Below are positions 1 to 9,669 of a stretch of DNA of 37,647 nucleotides, piece by piece. This DNA is from an uncultured virus (IMG/VR IMGVR_UViG_3300010342_000399) (Duplodnaviria > Heunggongvirae > Uroviricota > Caudoviricetes): the IMG/VR virus record IMGVR_UViG_3300010342_000399; one strand, given 5' to 3'. Position 1 is the first letter of the stretch, and the number at the start of each line of letters is the position of its first letter. Position numbers and translations under genes: made by a program. Below the pieces are notes generated by a model that was not told the origin of the DNA, made no database searches, and saw only the letters and a list, made by a program, of their open reading frames with translations.

Positions 1-176
1 AATCAAAATTACAAAATCTTATTGAAAATGCTGTTCGAAAAGTTCTTGATGAAAAATTAAATCAAATATTATCCGCACAACAATTAAGTAGTATTAATGA
101 AAATCTTGTTTTAAAAGTCGGAGATTCAATCTTTCAAGGAAAAATTACGGCAGTAAAAAAACACCAAAAACGGTAA
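1..176 (+). CDS. 3' end of a hypothetical phage protein (partial, missing from the ORF track)
   Basis: Frame is open from position 3: SKLQNLIENAVRKVLDEKLNQILSAQQLSSINENLVLKVGDSIFQGKITAVKKHQKR, ending TAA at 174-176. Confidence 0.75.
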   Translation, partial: SKLQNLIENAVRKVLDEKLNQILSAQQLSSINENLVLKVGDSIFQGKITAVKKHQKR

Positions 177-230
177 ATAATTTGTTTTTTTAAATTTTTT
201 TATATATATTTTGACATAAGAACATTATTT

Positions 231-1460
231 ATGTCAAAAATTAGAATTTTAGCAATTCCGCCAGATACTCATGGCGTCGGAAAATTCAGAATTACTGGGC
301 CATACACATTTCTTCAAGAAAACTACGGTGATGATTTTCATATTGATTTATTAACAAACATTGAAGATAAAGATGATATATTTAACAATTATGATATTAT
401 TGTTATGCATACCTTTATACATAACAAAGCGTCATCTAGTAAAAATATAAACAGAGTTAAATGGTTAAAAGAAAAAGGAAAAATCGTAATTATCGATTTT
501 GATGATTATTGGGAACCAGACATAAGACATCCAATGTATTTACAGGCAAAAATTTCTGGAGCCATTATAACCAAAATTAATTTATTAAAAGAAGCTAGTT
601 ATATTACTGTTACTACGCCAGTCTACCAAGATACTATTATTAAAAAATTCAATTTAAAAAATGTAGTGGTTTTTCCTAATGCAATTGATGAAACTGAACC
701 ACAATTTATTCCATCACCAATTCCATCTGAAAAAATTAGATTTGGATGGTTAGGCGGTAGTTCTCATTTATCAGATATTGATCTTATGACATTAGGAATA
801 TCAAAAATGTATAATACTTTTATTGATAAGATACAATTTGTATTGTGTGGATTTGATTTAAGAGGTACCGTTACAGAAATTAATAAAACAACACAAGAAA
901 GAAAAACACGTAATGTTAGACCTGAAGAAACTGTATGGTATAAATATGAACATATATTTACTAATAATTATCGTGTTTTAGATAATGATTATATTAACTT
1001 CCTTAAATTATATAAAGAACTTGAATATGATGACACAAACAAGCCATATATAAGAAGATGGACAAAAGAAATAAATAAATATGCAGTAAATTATAATTAT
1101 TTTGATGTATCATTAGCACCTTTAGTTCCAACTATTTTCAATATTAATAAATCACAACTAAAAGCAATAGAATCTGGTTTTTTTAAAAAAGCTTTAATTG
1201 CCAGTGATGTGAGTCCATATACAATAGACTTGATATCAGCTATAGAATTTAATGGAAAATATAATCCTAAAGGTAATGCGTTATTAGTAGATCCAAATAA
1301 AAATCATAAACAATGGTTTCAACACATGAAACGATTAGTTGAAAATCCAAATATGATTGAAGATTTGGGTAATAAACTTTACGAAACAGTTAAAGACAAA
1401 TATTCATTAAAAAAAGTTTGTCAAGATAGATCGGAATTTTTAAAATCAATAATAAAATAA
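231..1460 (+). CDS. GT-B fold (GT4-like) glycosyltransferase
   Basis: IIDFDDYW, FGWLGGSSH and DVSLAPL..FN..KSQLK.IESG...ALIASDV.PY motifs, as in phage GT-B enzymes. Confidence 0.8.
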   Translation: MSKIRILAIPPDTHGVGKFRITGPYTFLQENYGDDFHIDLLTNIEDKDDIFNNYDIIVMHTFIHNKASSSKNINRVKWLKEKGKIVIIDFDDYWEPDIRHPMYLQAKISGAIITKINLLKEASYITVTTPVYQDTIIKKFNLKNVVVFPNAIDETEPQFIPSPIPSEKIRFGWLGGSSHLSDIDLMTLGISKMYNTFIDKIQFVLCGFDLRGTVTEINKTTQERKTRNVRPEETVWYKYEHIFTNNYRVLDNDYINFLKLYKELEYDDTNKPYIRRWTKEINKYAVNYNYFDVSLAPLVPTIFNINKSQLKAIESGFFKKALIASDVSPYTIDLISAIEFNGKYNPKGNALLVDPNKNHKQWFQHMKRLVENPNMIEDLGNKLYETVKDKYSLKKVCQDRSEFLKSIIK

Positions 1461-1474
1461 TAAAAATAAAAATT

Positions 1475-1714
1475 ATGTATTATTTAGTAACAATTAATTA
1501 CGAAATTGAAACAGAAAGAAACACTAAGTTACAAAAAATAAAATATATTATTGAGGCTGAAAGTGTTGAAGAGGCCGCAATTATTGCAAATAAATATATT
1601 GAAGGAGATACTAGATCTGCAGAACTCCTGGGTATCACACATATGCCTATTGAATGTGTTATTGGCCCTAAAACATATCCGGAATATTATAAAGAAAAAA
1701 ATATTTTAAAATAA
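1475..1714 (+). CDS. Small protein, DUF4494-like
   Basis: Pattern YxVxIxYE...KxQKxKYIIEAESVEEA...I..VI resembles the Bacteroidota DUF4494 family (recognised from memory). Confidence 0.45.
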   Translation: MYYLVTINYEIETERNTKLQKIKYIIEAESVEEAAIIANKYIEGDTRSAELLGITHMPIECVIGPKTYPEYYKEKNILK

Positions 1715-1728
1715 AATAATATAAAATC

Positions 1729-2298
1729 ATGTTAACCATACAACAATTAGAACACAATAAAACTAAGTTCATAGAAACTAATAAGAAGTATAATATTATG
1801 ACTAAAGAATTATTAGATTTTCTTGGTGATAATTTGTATATTTCGCCAGCATCGACTCGATTAAGCATGGTTGGTTGTTATCCAGGCGGTTTATTAAATC
1901 ACATAATAAAAGCATGTAAATATGCCATTAAAGTAAATGAGATTTTACCTGAATTTTTAAAACAACCAATTCCAACAATAGTTAAAGTAGTCTTTTTATC
2001 ACAAATTGGTAAAGTATTTATGTTTTGTATAACAGAAAATGAGTATAATAAAAAACAAGGTATAATGTATGATTTTTGTGATGATATTGTAAGACTTAGA
2101 ATTGGTGAAAGATCGGCATACTATGCTACTAAATATGGTGTACAATTATCTGAAGAAGAATATCAAGCTATTTTAAATCATGATAAAGATGAAGATGATA
2201 AAATGGCTAAATATTTTTCATCCCCATTAACTTCAATAATAAAATGGGGGTTTGAATTAGCTATCATGGAGGAAAAAAATGACATCAAAAAGAAATGA
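1729..2298 (+). CDS. HD-domain-like (YhaM-like) protein with degenerate metal ligands
   Basis: SPAS...YPGGLLNH, LSQIGK where LHD(L/I)GK is expected, and LSEEEYQAILNHD. Confidence 0.6.
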   Translation: MLTIQQLEHNKTKFIETNKKYNIMTKELLDFLGDNLYISPASTRLSMVGCYPGGLLNHIIKACKYAIKVNEILPEFLKQPIPTIVKVVFLSQIGKVFMFCITENEYNKKQGIMYDFCDDIVRLRIGERSAYYATKYGVQLSEEEYQAILNHDKDEDDKMAKYFSSPLTSIIKWGFELAIMEEKNDIKKK

Positions 2299-2899
2299 TT
2301 TAGAAGAATATTTAAAACAATTAGAAGATTTAGATAGAAGATTAAATGACGAAAATAATGATATAAATCCAAGTGATTATATAATAGAAATTAATAAATT
2401 ACTTAGTGGATTATCTTCTGATTTAGAATTTGACACTCCCAAAAAAATACTTGCCACCACATTAACTTTCGTAAATAAGTCAAAAAATCCAGATCCAGCT
2501 TTTGCTCATGAAGGTGATAGTGGTTTTGATATAAGAGCAGATTTAGAAAATGAATTATCGATACCAAGTAGAGAAATTCGTATAATACCAACAGGACTTT
2601 ATTTTGAAGTAGCAAACGGACTTGAAGTACAAATTAGATCAAGAAGTGGACTAGCTGCAAATAATGGTATAATGGTATTAAATTCCCCAGGAACAATTGA
2701 TTCACATTATCGCGGTGAAATTAAAGTAATTTTAGCCAATTTTGGCCCATCAGATTTTATAGTAAATGCTGGAGATAGAATTGCTCAAGCAGTTGTTTGT
2801 CCTGTTTATGGAGAAGGAAATTTAAATTTTATAAAAGCAGAAAAATTAACGGAAACAAAAAGAAATATTGATGGTTTTGGATCAACTGGTAAAATTTAA
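2279..2899 (+). CDS. dut: Trimeric dUTPase with an acidic N-terminal extension of about 60 aa
   Basis: All five motifs present: DSGFDI, RSRSGLA, GTIDSHYRGEI, RIAQ, R..DGFGSTG. Confidence 0.95.
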   Translation: MTSKRNDLEEYLKQLEDLDRRLNDENNDINPSDYIIEINKLLSGLSSDLEFDTPKKILATTLTFVNKSKNPDPAFAHEGDSGFDIRADLENELSIPSREIRIIPTGLYFEVANGLEVQIRSRSGLAANNGIMVLNSPGTIDSHYRGEIKVILANFGPSDFIVNAGDRIAQAVVCPVYGEGNLNFIKAEKLTETKRNIDGFGSTGKI

Positions 2900-2946
2900 T
2901 ATATTTATAATGTAAAAATAAAGTTTGCCGCAAAAACCAATAAAAT

Positions 2947-3642
2947 TTGCAAAGTATAAATAATAAACCAAAAACCGTAAAAGATCAAATTCGTCAAATC
3001 ATCAAAAAACCTAAAGAAAAATTTCTCACATTTTCACAAAAAGAATATTGGGAAATTCTAGAAAAAAATCAAATTACATTATGTTTTGGTCCGGCCGGTA
3101 CAGGTAAATCACATATTTCTATAAAAAAAGCAATAGATTTACTTTATTGTGAAGATAATAAGTATGAAAAACTTATTATTATAAGATCACCAATAGAATC
3201 AAGTAAATCTATTGGATATCTTCCTGGCGATATTGAAGAAAAAATGGCTCCATATATAAATCCTACTTATTATTTATTAAATAAAATTATAGGTAAAGAA
3301 AGTAGAGAATTAATGGAAAAAGTTAATTTAATTGAAATTATTCCTATTTCATTTTTAAGAGGCCGCAATATTGATAATTCAATAGTAATTGGAGAAGAAT
3401 TTCAAAATGTTGGTATTGATGAAATGAAACTTGTTCTTACAAGAATTGGATATAATTCAAAATTTTTTCTTTCTGGTGATATTGAGCAATCAGATTTATT
3501 TAAAGATAAAAATAAAATAGGATTATTTGATGCTAAAGAAAGATTACGTGGTATAAAAGATATTGGCTTTTTTGAATTTAATAAAAATGATATTGTACGT
3601 AATCCAATTATTAGTGAAATACTAGAAAGATATAATAATTAA
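2947..3642 (+). CDS. phoH: PhoH-family ATPase
   Basis: GPAGTGKS Walker A, GYLPGD, FLRGR, EEFQN, LTRIG, GDIEQSD, DIVRNP. TTG start is uncertain. Confidence 0.93.
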   Translation: MQSINNKPKTVKDQIRQIIKKPKEKFLTFSQKEYWEILEKNQITLCFGPAGTGKSHISIKKAIDLLYCEDNKYEKLIIIRSPIESSKSIGYLPGDIEEKMAPYINPTYYLLNKIIGKESRELMEKVNLIEIIPISFLRGRNIDNSIVIGEEFQNVGIDEMKLVLTRIGYNSKFFLSGDIEQSDLFKDKNKIGLFDAKERLRGIKDIGFFEFNKNDIVRNPIISEILERYNN

Positions 3643-3710
3643 TTTCTTTTAAGATAAATAATTTAAAAATATTTACTTATAATAAAAATACTATTATATT
3701 TCTTATAATT

Positions 3711-4400
3711 ATGGAAATATATATTAATATTAACGGAGTATTACGTAATTTTATAGAAAAATTTGATTATCATTATCGAGAATACTTCTTAGAAACTGAT
3801 GTTGATGTACTTAACGAGGATATAAAAACATTTGATTATAAAATAACATATCCTATATTTAATGACAATCTTTTGAAATATTATAAGTTTCAATCAAAAG
3901 ATGAATATAATAATTTTTGTTATATAGACTATGCATTAGAATTGTTTGGTCATTCTAGACTTAGTTATCAAAATGTGATGTTAGATTTAAATGAAATAAT
4001 TTACGGAAATAAACACATTAATTTCACTTTGATTGGTATTGATGAATTTGGCAAAGCCAAACCATCAACATTATTTTTTTTATCTAAAAATGGGTTTTTA
4101 GGGAATAATATTAAATTTATCGATTCTCAAGATATAGAAAAAGAATGGAAAAAATGTGATATATGGATTACTGATAATAAAGTGATTATTGATAAATGTC
4201 CTAAAAATAAAATGGCGATCAAATTTAATACACCGTATAATGATTATTATAACGGACAAATAGAAATAAATAAATTGACAAATATTAAAGAAATATGCTC
4301 GCATTCATGGGAAAATACTACTATATCGATGTGGACGAAGTTATTAACCTTTGTCGTGCAGATTATGGGACTGAAGAATTTGAAAAAAATCAAGGATTAA
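3711..4400 (+). CDS. HAD-like 5'(3')-deoxyribonucleotidase homologue with degenerate motif I
   Basis: N-terminal IYININGVLRNF aligns with DxDGVLxDF; DIWITDN aligns with DxLIDD; FNTPYN tail is typical of phage NT5C-like proteins. Confidence 0.55.
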   Translation: MEIYININGVLRNFIEKFDYHYREYFLETDVDVLNEDIKTFDYKITYPIFNDNLLKYYKFQSKDEYNNFCYIDYALELFGHSRLSYQNVMLDLNEIIYGNKHINFTLIGIDEFGKAKPSTLFFLSKNGFLGNNIKFIDSQDIEKEWKKCDIWITDNKVIIDKCPKNKMAIKFNTPYNDYYNGQIEINKLTNIKEICSHSWENTTISMWTKLLTFVVQIMGLKNLKKIKD

Positions 4401-4609
4401 AAACCGGAGAACACGGTGAAGGCGTTTTAGAATTAAATGTATTTAAATTCGAGCTTTTTAAAGCATGCATAGAAAGAATCTTGAATGAATATGAAGAAAT
4501 TGATGAAAAAATGGTTTCATTTTCAGAATCAGAATCAAGTGTATCTTTTAAAATTGCTATAAATACATTATTAAAATATAATTTATTAATTGAATATGAT
4601 AATGAATAA
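4295..4609 (+). CDS. Hypothetical protein
   Basis: 104 aa ORF with ordinary composition, co-oriented within the operon; overlaps the upstream ORF by 106 nt. Confidence 0.7.
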   Translation: MLAFMGKYYYIDVDEVINLCRADYGTEEFEKNQGLKTGEHGEGVLELNVFKFELFKACIERILNEYEEIDEKMVSFSESESSVSFKIAINTLLKYNLLIEYDNE

Positions 4610-5669
4610 AAAACAAACTACTATTGAGCTTCTAGAAACCATATTAGATAGACTAGAAAAAAGAGAAAATATTATATATTTTTTAGTATATGATACTAAA
4701 GGAAATGCTAGAGCATCCATAAAACATATTTATGACATGGCATTAGTATTGAAAGAAAACGGATATAATGCAAAAATTCTTGTTGAAGATAAAAATTATA
4801 CTGGTGTTAATGGATGGTTAGATGATTCTTATAATATTCTTCCCGTCATTGCAATTAAAGAAGATGAGGCAACTATTAATGTTGATGATATTATTATTAT
4901 TCCTGAACATTATTCAAATATTTTACCTCAATTATCAAATATAAAATGTGGTAAAGTTATGTTAGTACAACAAAAAGAATATATATTTGAAACATTACCT
5001 ATCGGGAGTAAATGGAGTTATTTCGGTTTTGACAGATGTATAACAACAACAGAAAAATCAAAACAATATATTTTAGAATATTTTCCCGAAACATTAGTTT
5101 ATATTATACCACCATATATTGGTGATAATTTTAGGCCATCTGAAATACCACAAAAACCGTATATCGCAATTAGTTGTAGAGATATATTACAACACCGAAA
5201 AATTATTTCTGAATTTTATTTAAAATACCCACAATTACGATGGATTACTTTTAAAAATATGGTTCAAATGTCATATTTAGAATTTAGTGATGCATTAAAA
5301 GAATGTATGGTTTCAGTATGGATTGATGATGAATCCACATTCGGAACATTTCCATTAGAATCAATGAAATGTGATGTACCAGTTGTGGGTAAAATACCAA
5401 CAACAGAGCCTATTTGGATGGGTGAAAATGGATTTTGGACATATGATATTGATAATATTGTTGAACTTCTTGGTACATATGTTTTAGCTTGGATAGAAGG
5501 TATAGATATTACTGACAATATTAGAGAAAAAATGAAACAAACTACTTTATTATATACAAAATCACTACATACTGAAGTTACGTTATCAATTTTTAATGCT
5601 ATTATATCTCAAAGAGTTGAAATAATCAAAAATAATATAGAAAAAGTTAAAATAGAAAATGATAAATGA
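4590..5669 (+). CDS. GT-B (GT4-like) glycosyltransferase-like protein; true start may be ATG 4602
   Basis: ESTFGTFPLESMKCDVPVVG matches the GT4 E(G/x)FGxPxLEAMAxGxPVV signature; DDIIIIPE motif. Confidence 0.7.
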   Translation: MNMIMNKKQTTIELLETILDRLEKRENIIYFLVYDTKGNARASIKHIYDMALVLKENGYNAKILVEDKNYTGVNGWLDDSYNILPVIAIKEDEATINVDDIIIIPEHYSNILPQLSNIKCGKVMLVQQKEYIFETLPIGSKWSYFGFDRCITTTEKSKQYILEYFPETLVYIIPPYIGDNFRPSEIPQKPYIAISCRDILQHRKIISEFYLKYPQLRWITFKNMVQMSYLEFSDALKECMVSVWIDDESTFGTFPLESMKCDVPVVGKIPTTEPIWMGENGFWTYDIDNIVELLGTYVLAWIEGIDITDNIREKMKQTTLLYTKSLHTEVTLSIFNAIISQRVEIIKNNIEKVKIENDK

Positions 5670-6454
5670 AAAAAATAACAATTATTCTTCCAATTTATAA
5701 ATTAGACGAAATAGATGATATGATGTTAAAAAACGCATTATTATCTATCGATAGTTTTCATAATGATATCAAACTATTAATTGTCTGTCCCAACGATTTA
5801 AAGAAAAAAATTAATGGTATAGATTTTGGTCAAAAATTAGAATATAAAATAATTTATAATTCCACAAAATGTACCGATTTTACATATCAAATCAATATGG
5901 GAATTGACGAATGTGATACAGAATGGTTTTCAATCATGGAAATTGATGATGAATATAAAAAAATATGGTTAACATCAATGAATGAATACATAAATACCTA
6001 TAAAGATGTGGATGTCTTTTTACCAATAGTTAAAGATATAAATGTTGAAGGAGATTTTATAAATTTTACTAATGAATCTCTATGGGCATATGGATTTTCA
6101 GAAAAACAAGGATATTTAGATAATGAGTTACTATTAGAATTTCAAAATTTTCAAACAAGCGGTGGTTTATATAGAACTAAAACAATTATAAATCACGGTA
6201 AATTTAAAGATAATATTAAATTAACATTTTCTTATGAATTTCTATTAAGATTAACGTATAATGGAGTAAATATCATGTCTGTACCTAAAATTGGGTATCA
6301 GCATGTTAATTTTAGAGAAAATTCATTATTCTGGAGTTATAAAAATGATCCAGATATGAAATTATCTGAAGATGAAGTAAAATTTTGGTTAGAAACAGCA
6401 AAAAAAGAATATTTTTTTAAAAATAAAAGAGAAATACAATTTACTAAAAATTAA
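5666..6454 (+). CDS. GT-A (GT2-like) glycosyltransferase-like protein
   Basis: KITIILPIY start, QINMGID...TEWFSIMEIDDEY (DxDD region), YEFLLRL. ATGA overlap with the upstream gene. Confidence 0.7.
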   Translation: MKKITIILPIYKLDEIDDMMLKNALLSIDSFHNDIKLLIVCPNDLKKKINGIDFGQKLEYKIIYNSTKCTDFTYQINMGIDECDTEWFSIMEIDDEYKKIWLTSMNEYINTYKDVDVFLPIVKDINVEGDFINFTNESLWAYGFSEKQGYLDNELLLEFQNFQTSGGLYRTKTIINHGKFKDNIKLTFSYEFLLRLTYNGVNIMSVPKIGYQHVNFRENSLFWSYKNDPDMKLSEDEVKFWLETAKKEYFFKNKREIQFTKN

Positions 6455-7153
6455 ATGCCAAGAACCCGAACCCAAAAAATATATTTTGGGGAGGAACAAG
6501 AAAAAGCGGTAATTAAGTATATTGAAACTGAAAGCGAAGAAGAAAAGAATAAGATATTCAATGAATATTTAAAAGAACCTCTCGAAATAATGGTCGAAAG
6601 TATAATTCGACGATATAAATTGTATCGAAAAGATTTTGAATTTAATGATTTACATGTAGATACAATGTCTTTTCTTATTACAAAGATAAATAAATTTGAT
6701 CAAGCAAAAAATCATCGTTCATATTCTTATTTTGGTACAATTTGTAAGAATTACTTAATGGGATCAATTCAAAAAGACGCTAAAGATTTTAATAGAACTG
6801 TATCATATGAAGATATTTCTGCATCAATTGAAGAAAATTCCGATTTAACATATGTTATTGATACAATACCAATAGATTATAAAGAAATTATCAATAAATT
6901 ACTAACAAAACTTAATGAATTTATAATAACAGAGAAACTTACCGAAAATGAAAAAAAATTAGGGTATGCATTAATAGAAATTTTCACAAATTTCAATGAA
7001 ATTTTTCAAATTGGTGAAGGAAATAAGTTCAATAAGAATTTAATATTACTTGCAATTAGAGAAATGACCTCTTTATCTACAAAAGAAATACGAGTTTCAT
7101 TAAAAAAATATAGAAAATTATATAATGAAGTTCGTGATTACTTTATAAACTAG
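6455..7153 (+). CDS. T4 gp55-like late-transcription sigma factor
   Basis: N-terminal YF...E.AV..Y and KINKFD.AK...SYSYFGTICKNYL resemble the sigma region 2 core of gp55 (FDP.K..N.FAYFT.I). Confidence 0.65.
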   Translation: MPRTRTQKIYFGEEQEKAVIKYIETESEEEKNKIFNEYLKEPLEIMVESIIRRYKLYRKDFEFNDLHVDTMSFLITKINKFDQAKNHRSYSYFGTICKNYLMGSIQKDAKDFNRTVSYEDISASIEENSDLTYVIDTIPIDYKEIINKLLTKLNEFIITEKLTENEKKLGYALIEIFTNFNEIFQIGEGNKFNKNLILLAIREMTSLSTKEIRVSLKKYRKLYNEVRDYFIN

Positions 7154-7162
7154 AAAAAAAGG

Positions 7163-7170
7163 TATTTATA
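7163..7170 (+). promoter_or_regulatory. Candidate late promoter TATTTATA
   Basis: Lies 20 nt upstream of ATG 7191; the same motif recurs in sense orientation before many structural genes. Confidence 0.55.
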
Positions 7171-7190
7171 ATAATAACATAACTATAAAA

Positions 7191-7583
7191 ATGAGAAATA
7201 AAAGAAAAATAGTCACACTTGATGTCGATTCTGCATTAGCATTAATGCAAGAAATCTATAATGATATTGTAGAACAAAAAAATAACGCATCTCTTATAAT
7301 GAAAAAGATGCTTGTGTTTATGAAAGAGGCTGATGATATGAGTTTAATTGGCCCCGTAATCAAAGAACAACAAAAAATTCTAAATGAATGTACAGAAAAA
7401 AAGATATCATTAGTAAAATTACAAAATGCCATGATAAAACAGGGTAATATGACTACTGGCGGTATAAATTCTAATACAAAAATGGTTCTAAATGAAGAAG
7501 ATCGAAAATTACTTGAAAAATTAATTGAAGATAATGAAGATAAATCATTTGATGATACTAATATTGAAACATATAACACATAA
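7191..7583 (+). CDS. Hypothetical coiled-coil protein
   Basis: 130 aa ORF with TAATG coupling to the next gene. Confidence 0.8.
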   Translation: MRNKRKIVTLDVDSALALMQEIYNDIVEQKNNASLIMKKMLVFMKEADDMSLIGPVIKEQQKILNECTEKKISLVKLQNAMIKQGNMTTGGINSNTKMVLNEEDRKLLEKLIEDNEDKSFDDTNIETYNT

Positions 7584-9466
7584 TGGCAACTACAGATATT
7601 CAAAGAAATAAAATTAAATCAATAATTTCAGCAATTAAAGCCATCGATCAAAATCCGAAGGCCACTATTAGTGATATATCCGATGTTTATAACGATAAAC
7701 TCGAATCGACAAACGGTATTATAAAAAAAAGTATTACAGATTTTACTTCTAAAGTAAAAGGTAAAACACAAAATAGAAAAAACATTTATGAAGAAATTGT
7801 TGATCTTGCTGTTACTTTTCTAAATGATGAAACAACGATTAAACGAAATCCTAAAGTAAAAATTTCAGAAAATACTAAACTTTTTAGATATTCTAAACAA
7901 GCAGCCAAGATAACACTACAAGCAACTGCACAAGATATTAATAATGAAACTAAAAGAACACTTTTTGGTAGCGTTTGTGATCCGCCCATAAATCTTAATG
8001 CAACATCACTTACAATATCTCCAAAAGAATTTGACTTTATGGGGTTATTGAAAGTCAATCCCAATTCTATTACTGGTAAACTTATGTATGAGAGTCCCGA
8101 ATCAACAATTAATGGTGGTATAAAGTTTAATAGAGAATTATATAATACATTTGATACAACACCAAATCCATATAATTTTAAAAATCAATTTTTTATATCA
8201 TGGGATTCGGGTCAACAAAAGTTTTTAGTTGAAGGATTAAATAATGAAACTAGATTGGGTATTTTTTTAAATGATTATTATAGTTCTATTGAATATCCTG
8301 ATATTGATCATATTTTAAAAACAGCTATACAAATGGTATTGGGTGGTGATGGCGTAGAACCAAAAACATTTAAAATTGGTATGAAAAATTTAAATAGACT
8401 TCTTACAAAACTATTTTCAATTTGTGGTAAACCATCAACGAGTAAATCACCATTATTAAATACAACAGATACAGAATTAAATGAAGATGAGACTGATTTA
8501 CAAAATTATTTTGATTTTAATGATACTGAAGGCATCGATTTAGATGATGAAGATGCGTGGGATAGAAGAGTTCTTAGATTTAAAGATTGTGAAAATTTTG
8601 AGATACCAATTAATCCCAATTATTCAGAAGATTTTACATATTTTTTAGATAAAAAACCAATAGATGAAAATATTGGAAATACATTAGATAAAGCAGCTAA
8701 AGAAGCATATGAATCATCAGGTAATGCCGATAATGGTGGTATCGCTTTTGAAGGATTTCAATTATCGTTAATAACAAATTATATTTTAAAAATACCAAGA
8801 GCGATAATTGCAAGTTTATTATCTCCTAAAATTTTTTTTCCAATTGTTGTAATATATAAAATACTTAAGGGTGGTGCATTATTAGTTACTGATTTAATAA
8901 AAATACTTTATAATCTTTTTAATAATTTCATTAGAAAAATATTCTGGAGGTTTATTAAAGAATTTTGGAAATTAGTGAAAGGTGATCTTTTACATTTTAT
9001 CCAAAGAATTGCATTTAGAATTTTTATAAATAAACTTAAAAAATTAAAAGTAATAATTCAAATTTTAATTAATTTAATAAGGAAAGTTCTTGAATTAAAA
9101 ATAACAAGTTGTTCAGATATATTTGGAGCTATTTTACAAACAATTACCACAGCACTTAATAGGCCAATTAATATAAAAATACCATCGTTACTATTACTAA
9201 TGGCCGATAAATTACCGGGATTTAGTGCTGATAGAGCACACATAGACGCTGTTTCCAGAGCACAAGCATATGGTGTAGATATGGGGCCAATATATGGTGA
9301 AGATAATAAGCTTGTTTTAGCCATGAAAGCTATTATTGATGCTATATCTACAGAAGAAGATAATAATTCTTATGTTATAGGCACAATAAAACCATCAATG
9401 ATACCTGTAGCACCCGGTGGTGGTACTGCTTTACTTACAGGTAGTATAGTCGGTAAAAAATTTTAA
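7583..9466 (+). CDS. Large hypothetical protein, probably virion/baseplate-associated
   Basis: 627 aa with a long amphipathic/hydrophobic helical C-terminal half; in an operon with the gp5-like gene. Function inferred from context only. Confidence 0.5.
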   Translation: MATTDIQRNKIKSIISAIKAIDQNPKATISDISDVYNDKLESTNGIIKKSITDFTSKVKGKTQNRKNIYEEIVDLAVTFLNDETTIKRNPKVKISENTKLFRYSKQAAKITLQATAQDINNETKRTLFGSVCDPPINLNATSLTISPKEFDFMGLLKVNPNSITGKLMYESPESTINGGIKFNRELYNTFDTTPNPYNFKNQFFISWDSGQQKFLVEGLNNETRLGIFLNDYYSSIEYPDIDHILKTAIQMVLGGDGVEPKTFKIGMKNLNRLLTKLFSICGKPSTSKSPLLNTTDTELNEDETDLQNYFDFNDTEGIDLDDEDAWDRRVLRFKDCENFEIPINPNYSEDFTYFLDKKPIDENIGNTLDKAAKEAYESSGNADNGGIAFEGFQLSLITNYILKIPRAIIASLLSPKIFFPIVVIYKILKGGALLVTDLIKILYNLFNNFIRKIFWRFIKEFWKLVKGDLLHFIQRIAFRIFINKLKKLKVIIQILINLIRKVLELKITSCSDIFGAILQTITTALNRPINIKIPSLLLLMADKLPGFSADRAHIDAVSRAQAYGVDMGPIYGEDNKLVLAMKAIIDAISTEEDNNSYVIGTIKPSMIPVAPGGGTALLTGSIVGKKF

Positions 9467-9468
9467 TT

Positions 9469-9669
9469 ATGGATAAAGATAAAATACTTGATATTGTTAC
9501 AAATGTTAAAAATAGATCAAATAAAGATTTATTTGAATCAAGAGATGAATTATATAATGAATTTGAAAAAACAAAAGACTTGATAATTAAGCTAACAAAA
9601 CATTTGGATACTGTTCAAGAATATTATGAAAAAATAAATACTGAAATTGGAAATAGACTGAAAAAATGA
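9469..9669 (+). CDS. Small coiled-coil hypothetical protein
   Basis: 66 aa, tightly packed, ATGA overlap with the next gene. Confidence 0.75.
   Translation: MDKDKILDIVTNVKNRSNKDLFESRDELYNEFEKTKDLIIKLTKHLDTVQEYYEKINTEIGNRLKK

Noticed and set aside
2924..2936. TTTGCCGCAAAAA repeated at about 2924 and 33127
   Set aside because: Only two copies, and the 2924 copy lacks the -12 position of the sigma54-like element; probably chance.
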